The notes beneath the pieces were generated by a model. That model ran no database searches, was not told where the DNA came from, and worked only from the letters and a program-made list of their open reading frames with translations. The position numbers and the translations under genes are program-made. DNA of 55,769 bases from Chlorokybus atmophyticus (lineage: Eukaryota; Plantae; Mesostigma and Chlorokybus algae), in NCBI GenBank assembly GCA_009103225.1, contig RHPI01001010.1, positions 221,299-277,067 on the forward strand, written 5' to 3'. Shown in pieces: positions 47,001-55,769 of this stretch. Position 1 is the first letter of the stretch, and each line of letters begins with the position of its first letter.

Positions 47001-49308
47001 TGGACCCAAATCCAGCTGCAGCTGTAGGGAGTCCTTCCAGCCCATCACAACAGACTATATGTCGTGCAGGCCCGGACGGTTATTACAACATGTCTGGGCA
47101 CGTTCGAGACATGACAACCTGGTTTTTACGAAAGCCACAAGGCCAAGGACTTGAAATGTTGGTCGAAATGGCGAACGCCAGCGTTTTGAGAGAAAGGGGA
47201 GAGAAGGTGACTACTCGTCGGTGTCCCGCTGTCCGCATTGTTGAGGTTTACTTTGCTGATGCATTGTGCTGTCTGTAAAGCTGCGGAAGTATCTTCTGCC
47301 TGTTGTCTGGGTGAGTACCACGCAGCCTGTGTACCTGGAAGTTACAAGAGGGGGCCTTTGGGGAAGCCCTATTGACATTCAGGTGCGTGATCACGTCAGT
47401 CTCAATTCCTCAACGCATAAGGAAGCTTGCAGTCAATGTGGTGATGTCTGCCAGCATACTGTATGGTGTGCACGCCATGTTGTATGGCTGGCAGTCATTA
47501 GCAGTCATGTGACTGCTGTGTAATGACGGCTATTCAACACCTCAGTTGCTTCTTGTATTGTACAGGCTGTATCAAGTGTCTATCAAGTGCAGCAATGCAT
47601 CAACTGCAGCACCAACCACTAACACGGCTAGCACAGCTCAGTTACACTAGGATTTTCTATACACTTCATGTCATGTGACTCAATTAGTACCTTACTGCAA
47701 TGTGCACCTCAGACTACTGCATGAGTATACGTGATTTCAGACAGTAGTCTTTATGGTTCTGCGTGTCTTTGCACGCAAATGTCACAGCTGCAGGCAATGC
47801 CTGTATCTGCCTTGCCATCTGAGGCGTTCATCGCTTCAACTCCTTCGCAGAGCATAATACGGAGAGATGTGGGTTTCAAACCCCCTGTTGACATTCACCC
47901 TCCTCCTAGCCTTCTACACTGGTTGCTCGAGCGACTTGGCAATATGCAGGAGACGGTGACAACAAGAGCACGTGTTTCTCTCTCCTATGTCAACACGCTC
48001 GGCAAACACATCTGGGTCTTTCTTCCCGCCTCAGCGTTGTCAATGGTTACCTTCGTGTTGGATGCAACCAAAGGTACCTGTGTTTAATCTCGCAAGCTCG
48101 CATGTCATTGAGTGTCAAGTGAGCAGAGTGCAAGTCGCTTCCCAGCTTGGAAACTCTGGCTATAACTTGCATCTAACCCCAGGGCTGAACAACAGTCGAA
48201 TGCATATGTACAGCGCACGTACACGTACAGTCCCAACATTTGCACTACTACTTGACACTACAAGCACTGGCATGACCTCCCTCTTATTGCATAACAGCCT
48301 CAGGAGTGTTGCTACGCTCAGTTGCCAGGCCGTTCACCGATTTATTTATTGATCCACCTTATTTATTGATCCTGGTTGTGGTGTTGGCGTTCGTCATCGC
48401 CGCGATCACTCGTTGGCAAATTCATCAGCGCACAGCATTATCTACGGCTCAGAATCGAACAGTAAGTGCATGGGTCACTGCCTTGGTCATGTGCTAGTGC
48501 ACAAAGTCTATTATGCATGGGGCTTACGGTGTCCAAAGTGTCATGGTTTTGCACGAAGTTGGCATTCATATTTGTTAAGCCGTTGCATATTATCTCAGCA
48601 GCGACTACTCTGGTCCACATTCCCCAAGCGGAACACTGTAGTATTATTAGCTAGTATGCTCTGCGGCTTATGAGCCATGCAACGCGTGGTTTTGAACAGT
48701 TGACATTGCATCGGCAACCAACTCACAGCCTATTGCACGCCAGTATGAAAGCATGTTGAGGGCAGCATTGTCGTAACCATGGTTATGCATGATACTGTGC
48801 CCAGGTGCAAACCGACGAGGTGCTCGTCTTGTCCAGTCACTCCATTTCTATGCCGCCAATAGAGAGCTTAAGACAGTTTTGCGACCCTGCAAGCGCCCAC
48901 AAGGTGGAAGTGATCAGAATCCGGTCAGGTCAGTGGGTTGACGGCATTTGTGTGACGTACAGAGACGCACAGAACCAAAGGTTGGAGGGAACTCAGCATG
49001 GTGGCGAGGGGGGTGACCTACACATACTTGAACTAGCGGAGGACGAATACATTGTGAAGGTTTCTGGCCGCAATGCTGCTGTATATGGTGGCGTTGTCCT
49101 TCATGACTTGAGATTTCAGACGTCAGCTCGAAAAATGTGGCCAGAAAAGGGGGGATTTGGTGGCATGTCATCCGGTTGGGGCCCACCGCTCGACGAGTTT
49201 GTACTGCACAACAACGATCAGCCTCTGCTGCGGTTTTGCGGGAGTGAATGGAAACCAGATGGCAGTTGGTACCTTAGTTGTCTTGGTGCTTACTTTCAGA
49301 GTCCATAA
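44090..49308 (+). CDS. Membrane protein with an N-terminal TM, a TIR domain, a long unknown middle, TM segment(s) and a C-terminal jacalin-like lectin (11 exons, ~1092 aa)
   Basis: Exons 44090-44251, 44396-44503, 44644-45120, 45190-45418, 45485-45790, 45984-46793, 47070-47206, 47281-47382, 47788-48073, 48304-48461 and 48805-49308. All introns are GT-AG and phase-consistent; total 3279 nt with no internal stop. TIR: WDVFISHRGPDVK...SKYCIAEL...LLPVF. Jacalin: IRSGQWVDGI, HGGEGG, EDEYIVKVSGR, LRFQTS, LGAYF. Confidence 0.8.
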
Positions 49309-50093
49309 CAATGCCAAGCACTCAAAATGCAAGAAGCCCAGCGTAGTTTCTCTGTCTCTCTGTGTCAGCAATGAATGATCTCTTTCTCTTCCTTAGTGAT
49401 TGCATGTCCTGGTTGTGGATGACCTAGGTGTATGCAATCATGATCATAGTTTTGTGACAAGAACGGTACTCGTCATGACGATATCCATAATGATATATCC
49501 ACAAATGGACACGTGTGTCACTTGCAAAGATAATGTGTCTGTTGCATGTGTACAAGGCAACTCAATTCAAAACATCTCATCCCTTCGTTTTTGTTGCATA
49601 GCATCCTTGTAACAGTCAAGGCCAAATTTTGTGATTTTCATGGCCGTTTTAGGCCTTATTTGTAAGGTACATGGTTTTAATGACTTGTGGCGGATATCGG
49701 CGAGTTATGAGTCTGCCGCGGATATCGACCGGGGCCCCAAGACCAGTCCGAAAGTTGCCAGAAAACGGAGGGCCAGTCGAGAAGGGCTCGACCAGATTTC
49801 TGGAAGGGCCTGGCGCCAAGTAGTATAACTTGACCATATGAGCAGCAAATCAGGAGATCTTTGGTGCGTTGGAAAGGTCTAGAAGTGTACTACAATATTC
49901 TGCAATTATATCTTAGCTTCTAGTTCCGTCTAGCGCTAGAGTCGTCTAGACAGTAGCATGTGCAGACTGGTAGGTATAAAAGTGACATTCTACAATTTGC
50001 AATACAACCTTTAGCTCCCTAGTTTCTTGTGTGCAAGCTTGGTGGTGGCTAGAAGAGGTTGCTAGCGTGTGTCCACTGGTGTGTGCTTGCTTG

Positions 50094-50279
50094 TGTGACG
50101 ATCCAAGGCGCTACACAAGTTGGTGTGTAGCTTCGAGCGCATGCGCGTGCGTACGCGAGTGGCGGGGCGCGCGTGTGTGCTTGGCAGAGGGGGCAAGGTT
50201 CCGGTGTGAATACCGTGTCTTGGTGAGAGGGTTGTGGATTGGACCAACTCACAGGTGACAAGGCACGAGCACCGTCACA
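50094..50279 (+). mobile_element. 5' LTR of the Ty3/Gypsy element (186 bp)
   Basis: TGTGACG...CGTCACA termini immediately upstream of the PBS. Confidence 0.7.
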
Positions 50280-50281
50280 AC

Positions 50282-50293
50282 TGGTATCGGAGC
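50282..50293 (+). promoter_or_regulatory. Primer-binding site complementary to the tRNA-iMet 3' end
   Basis: TGGTATCGGAGC, one mismatch from the canonical TGGTATCAGAGC, 2 nt after the LTR end. Confidence 0.8.
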
Positions 50294-50352
50294 ACGGTTT
50301 ACGAAGGTGAGAGAGGAAGTGTGTGGGCGTTTACACTTTTCATTCGGAAGCG

Positions 50353-51403
50353 GAGTGTAGTGTGTTAGTGGAGATGGAGGATGCTCGCATGGAAGAGCTT
50401 CAAGCTGCCATCTTGGCACTGAGGGAAGAGCTTCATCACACTCAAGCGGCGGCACAAGCACAACGCGAGGCGTATGAGCATGCGATGGCGCGTGTACAAA
50501 TTCCCATGGCATCAAGCTCGCGCGTGCATGTGAAGGTGCCAAAGCCCAAGCCATTCAAGGGTCAACGTGATGGAGATGCAGTGGATGAATGGATTTTTCA
50601 AGTATCGTCTTGGTTGAAGCTCACGGAGGTGCCCACGCATCTGCACGTGGAGGTTGCAGCGACATTGCTTGAAGGTGCAGCACTTGTGTGGTGGAGGCAT
50701 CGATGTACGCGTGTTGCAAACGGGTTGGCGCTACCATTGACCACCATGGAAGAGTTGGCACTGGAGGTCAGGCATCAATTTGTTCCCGTTGAGAACGTGA
50801 AGGCCGCACGCGACAAACTTGCAGCCCTTGTGCAACTGGGGTCGGTGATGGCGTACACGGCCGTGTTTCAACGATTGGAGATGTCCATACCCAATATGAT
50901 CGACGAGGAGCAGGTGGACAGGTATACACGTGGGTTAAAACCTTTGGGGCGTAAAGAAGTGGAGCTACAGGACCCGAAGACACTCGCGGAGGCTATACGC
51001 ATCGCGGAGCGTCTCGACGCGTTGTACTTGAAGTCCACTACAAGAAACACTGACTGGAGGCAAAGGCATGGTGATTAGCCCCGGGGAGGCTTTCAACATG
51101 CATGGCGACGAGGAGAACGAAGTTTAGCACTTGCCAATGGAGGTGGAGCTGACTCTGGGCCTGCACCAATGGAGGTGAGTGCCATACACACGCATGGAAT
51201 GTGACGCGAAGCACGGCGGACGTGGTGAAAGAGGTAAAGGTGTGCGCAAGTGTTATGCGTGTGGGTCGACGGAGCATTTGGCGTACGGATGCCCCAAACG
51301 AAGCACGCAAAGGCCAACACCGGATGGCAACCCTCGCCGTGATCGTCGCGTCAACACCATGGAGCAAAATGGCGTGGAGCAGGAAAACGACTTCCCCCAG
51401 TAG
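50353..51403 (+). pseudogene. gag: Ty3/Gypsy gag, degenerate
   Basis: PKPKPFKG...VDEWIFQV...LEGAALVWW, GPAPMEVSAI and the CCHC knuckle CYACGSTEHLAYGC. Premature TAG at 51076-51078 plus a further stop and shift before the knuckle. Confidence 0.9.
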
Positions 51404-53264
51404 GTGAGGAGGCTACTGCTGGGGATAGGAAGGAGCCTCATGCACGGACGGATGCTGTGACATTTCCATTAAAGAAGCAAGAGGAGATGGCTTTGAACGC
51501 GCCAATGGTGGTGAGTTATGCAAACGAGGAGACAACAAAGTACTTTGGGCTTCGAGCACACATTTGCGATGACCAAGGACGATGGAGAGAGTGTAAGCTC
51601 ATGATTGATAGCGGTGCCAACAGCAACTTCATGAGTATTGATATCGCGCGGCGTTACGGTTGGCTTTCGTCATTACGAGGAGGTGAAGTGAAGCTCGCTG
51701 ATGGAGAGCCACCCTCTGGAGGTGATGGCGCTGCGTTTATGACCAAAGAGTTGTGCGTTCGCATTGGGAAGATGAAGGAGAACATGCGATTTTGCTGCAT
51801 CACCCTACGGAACGGGTTTGACAGGATATTGGGACTACCGTGGCTATGGCAACATAATCCATCCATCAATGGGAGAAAGCGCGCGCTCACCATCGAACGA
51901 AATGGTGGAGAATCCATTCAAGCTGCGTCGGACGTCATCGAGGCGCGGCACGCACAATCAGGTGGTACGACAATTGCCCAGATCTGTTATGTGCAATTGA
52001 GGAAGTTATTGTCTCCACGGAAGGCAAAGGCTGCATGGTTGTGCGTGGTGCGCGAAATTACTGCAAAGTCAGCACCAGAGCTGAGTGACGATGTTAAGAC
52101 GGCTACGATGGACCCCGAGGTGTGTAAACTTGTTTTAAAATACCAAGATATCATGGTGGACGGACTTCCATCTGGACTACCACCTCCACGAAGCGTAGAC
52201 CACCGTGTGGAGCTGATTGGGGGCGTGCACAAGCCACCGTATCGACCCGTATATAAGTTGTCACCTTTCGAGCTGGAAGAGGCCGAGAGGCAGGTGGCGG
52301 ACTTGCTGAAAAGAGGCTACATCAGGCCTAGTAAGTTCCCCTATGGTGCACCTATTTTGTTTGTACGAAAGAAGAACGGGAGCTTGCGCATGTGCGTCGA
52401 CTACCGAGCTCTCAACAACATCACGAAGAGGAATTGCTTTCCACTCCCACGTATCGACGAGTTGCTGGAGCAATTGCAAGGTGCGCAATACTTGACAACA
52501 CTTGATCTTGCTCGAGGTTATCACCAAATCCGCATCGCGCCCAAGGATGTGGAGAAAACAGCTTTAAACACACGTTATGGGCACTACAAGTGGTTGGTCA
52601 TGTCCTTTGGACTTACGAACGCACCGGCAACATTTCAAACGCTTATGAACAGCGTTTTTGCTGACTTGATTTGTAAGGGAATCCTCGTGTACCTCGACGA
52701 CATTTTGGTGTACGCGAAAACAAAGGAGGAGCACGTGGCACTTTTACGGCGCGTGTTGCAGCGTTTGCGCGAACACAAGTTGTACGCCCAGCTACAAAAG
52801 TGCAAATTCTTGCTTCGAGAGGTGGAGTACCTAGGCCACATCGTGTCGCATGAAGGCATCAAGCCGGACCCCAACAAAGTGCAGGCGGTGCGCGAGTGGG
52901 TTCCCCAACCAACGTGAAGGAGGTGATGTCCTTTTTAGGCCTTGCGGGGTATTATCGCAAGTTTATCATAGGGATTTCGCACATAGCTGCTCCCTTAGCT
53001 GCCCTACTCAAGAAGGGAAAGCCTTGGAGCTGGTCAGCAACAGAGGAACATGCATTTGCTGCGTTGAAGAAGGCGCTGACGGAGGCACCAGTCCTGGCTC
53101 ACCCCGACATGAAAAAGACATTTATTTTGGCTTGCGACGCGTCCGACACAGCCGTAGGAGCTGTTTTGCAGCAAGACCATGGCAACGGCCTTCAACTAAT
53201 AGCATTCTTTAGCAAGAAAATGAGTTGTGCGGAGCTGAATTACCCCGTGCACGAGAAGGAACTT
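51382..53264 (+). pseudogene. pol: Ty3/Gypsy pol (protease, RT, partial RNase H); frameshifted and 3'-truncated, no integrase or 3' LTR
   Basis: MIDSGANSNF, LRMCVDYRALN, YLDDILVY, FLGLAGYYRKF, LACDASDTAVGAVLQQ, NYPVHEKEL. One-base frameshift near 52905. Homology stops at ~53264. Confidence 0.95.
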
Positions 53265-53953
53265 CACCGGTAATTATGAGACCCCCGAATTTTTGAAAAT
53301 TCATGGCAAACGCACTGAATATTCGTTGGATTTACCGTTTCAGCTTTTTATCGAGTGAATATTCAAGTGTTTTTGTACATTTTGTGCAATCCCTGCCAAA
53401 ACGAAATCGCGACGTTTACCTATAAATCGCGTGAATATCCACACGATAAATCAATGCCACCTTTCAAAACCCATATACCTCGTATATTCAGTTTAAATCG
53501 ATTGAATGTTCAAGGGCATGCAATTGTGAATGGACACAGCATGTGCTCTGCTAAATATTCAGCTATACATTGCCTGAACATTCATGAAGGGGCATAAGCT
53601 TGTGGCTATAACAGACAGCTTAAACTCACCAAGTCCCAGCTGCCCGTGAATAATCAATTGATCAGCTTGTCACACATGTATACTCATAACCTTCATCAGT
53701 TTCATGCCACAGATGTGAGTGAACATTCAACACCAATCTGAAACTACGCAATACGATTCACACCAAGTCCTAGCTTTGAATGAATTTTCAACACCATTCC
53801 AAAACCAAGCAATACATTTTGCACTAACTCCTAGCTGTGAGTGAATATTCAACCCCACACGAACAAACATATATCCTCATTTTGGCCAAGTCCCGAATGT
53901 GATTGAAAACCAAGTAGATTGCAATCTACTTGGTTTTCAATCACATTCGGGAC
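53265..53953. repeat. Subtelomeric array of ~60-65-bp degenerate repeats (gaatattc / ccaagtcc motifs) ending in a perfect 64-bp palindrome
   Basis: ccaagtcc-type units at 53629, 53763, ~53824 and 53886. Palindrome at 53890-53953. Confidence 0.8.
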
Positions 53954-54779
53954 TGCTAATTCTAATATACAGTCTAATATATGTCAAAGCCAGAGTTGCT
54001 CAGCAATTCTACACAGCTGGTTTGAGTTGATGGTGGGGGACAGCTCTGATATGGACTACAGCATTGCTATGCTACACACCACCTGCTACTACTAGCTCAA
54101 CTCATGTCTTTGCTGTGCTAACATACTGTCCATGAGTGTTCGCAATCGTCTTCTCAACCTGTCTGCCACTTGAGGATGAAACCAACTCCTTTGCATTTGC
54201 ACACAACCACACAGCAATAACATGTGGTTACTAAGCACGTGTCGGCCTACACGACAGTGCCATTGAAGCACCTTCCACTTGTAAACATTGCAGTGCACAT
54301 GCATGAACTGTCATCATCATCCCTTGCCTCCTGATGCGCCTCTTCCTGCTCGCACTATCATTAACTCGGGCACCTATGGCGCTGCTGGCCTGCGCGTTGT
54401 GATCGAGTGCGACAACAATATTGCTGCACGCTGGAGTGTGTTTACTGGCTCCGAAGTCCCTGCACCTAGTGCAACACCCGGTACCAGTCTCACACCAACT
54501 TGTAATGGAATTTTCCCCACTCGCGACCCTCCTAGTGAACCTAGTGACTCTAGTGACTTGTCGCAATGACCATTGCTCTACACACACTTTGTTGGCCCTT
54601 TACACTCTGGTTACCGCTGAGCTGCTCTGCTGGTAATTCTCCAAGTGTGGCTGTTGCATGTGCAATTACTGGTAACAGTGGGGTGTGTGCCTTTGTGCAA
54701 CTTGGAGATCTAGCAGCAGATCAGCTCAGGCACAACCGCCACAATTGTGTTCACAACAACATAGTGACTAGCAGATTAG

Positions 54780-54893
54780 TTACAATACAACTATACTACA
54801 CAACAACTACCAAACTACCACCAAACTATAAAACTACACAACAACAACAACTACACAACAACTATACAACTACCAAACTACCACCAAACTATA
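54780..54893. repeat. ACA/CTA-rich low-complexity tract with a duplicated caactaccaaactaccaccaaactata unit
   Basis: The unit occurs at ~54805 and ~54867. Confidence 0.8.
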
Positions 54894-55693
54894 GGCCTTG
54901 TGCAAGGATGACGCAAAGATTTGACCTTGTACTTTGTATTACCTCATGGCCGTAGCACAGCCTGCAAGGTAAAGCGGGTTGCGCTCAAAACTGTTGGACA
55001 CAAATCAGGCATGCAAGCGCCTAACACTGGCAGTAGAATTGCCCAAACATGCTGTTGGAAAAACCCCTCACAACTGCACTCACATATGCACAAATACAAG
55101 GTATGTTTGCGCAGCAGAAGAAGTGAACACGGACTTTTGCGACACACGCGCGCATACACACACATGAGGGCTTACAATCAACTGCCCCAGCTGACTGGAC
55201 ACCATACACACACATGCACATTCATGTGATACGCATGCAAGGATGCATTTATCTGTCCCTGTCGTCGCTGAAGCTCTTGCCAACTTCTTGGGCACCGTGA
55301 CTGGCGGTGTCCTACAAACATGCTGCGGGCAATGCTCAACCTGTTGATAGCAGCTGTAAGAATGCCAAGACACTCAAAACACAGAGCCAAATACTCTGAC
55401 CTGAGTCTCATCCACAAGCACACCATGCCTGGCATGCGAACTTTGGTTTACCTGTTGTCTTGGAAGCAGCCGGCTGGATCATCATACCCTCTGTTGAATG
55501 CAAGCATTTGAGTCAAGACCAAACACCTACCTCATGTTCGACGAGATCAACTACACTGGACCTAAAGCGACCGGCCATCGCTGAATGGTAGCTGATTACC
55601 TGTGGATCACACACCGTAGTTAACCAACAGTAGAGTCAGAAATAGAGCAGGGAAATAACTTTTGAGAGACACAATGCTAGCGCTCCACCAGGA

Positions 55694-55769
55694 TTAGGGT
55701 TAGGGTTAGGGTTAGGGTTAGGGTTAGGGTTAGGGTTAGGGTTAGGGTTAGGGTTAGGGTTAGGGTTAG
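55694..55769 (+). repeat. Telomeric repeat (TTAGGG)n, chromosome end
   Basis: 12 perfect TTAGGG units plus TTAG to the window end, G-rich strand oriented outward. Confidence 0.98.

Noticed and set aside
54350-54400. INSGTYGA as a kinase Gly-rich loop
   Set aside because: No VAIK, HRD or DFG motifs nearby in any frame.
1-55769. tRNA, rRNA or other known ncRNA genes
   Set aside because: No cloverleaf or conserved rRNA motifs were recognised by eye. A tRNAscan/Rfam run would be needed to exclude them fully.

Overview
This is a eukaryotic chromosome end: the + strand runs into a (TTAGGG)n telomere at 55694-55769. The host genes have short GT-AG introns and green-lineage signatures (plant-type RPB12, an At4g00755-like F-box protein, a plant-type TIR domain, an SPn hydroxyproline-rich-type stalk). 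I therefore infer a green alga (Viridiplantae) with human-type telomeres; the taxon is not established. Positions 1-32.7 kb are transposon debris and segmental duplication: a decayed Crypton-like tyrosine-recombinase element, microsatellites, a pogo MITE, a CAC-ended CMC/EnSpm-like element in three overlapping copies, a solo LTR, end-to-end fused CACTA MITEs and a pogo/Tigger transposon. Empty sites for the solo LTR and the pogo are visible in the sister copies. Positions 32.5-49.3 kb hold a gene block: a secreted C-type lectin/SPn/ConA-like gene (damaged), an RPB12 fragment, an intact F-box gene and an apparently intact 11-exon, ~1092-aa membrane protein that joins a TIR domain to a C-terminal jacalin lectin. 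That gene is the most interesting object in the window. Positions 50-55.7 kb hold a truncated Ty3/Gypsy element, a repeat array ending in a perfect 64-bp palindrome, and the subtelomere. All family assignments come from motifs recognised by eye; no database searches were run.
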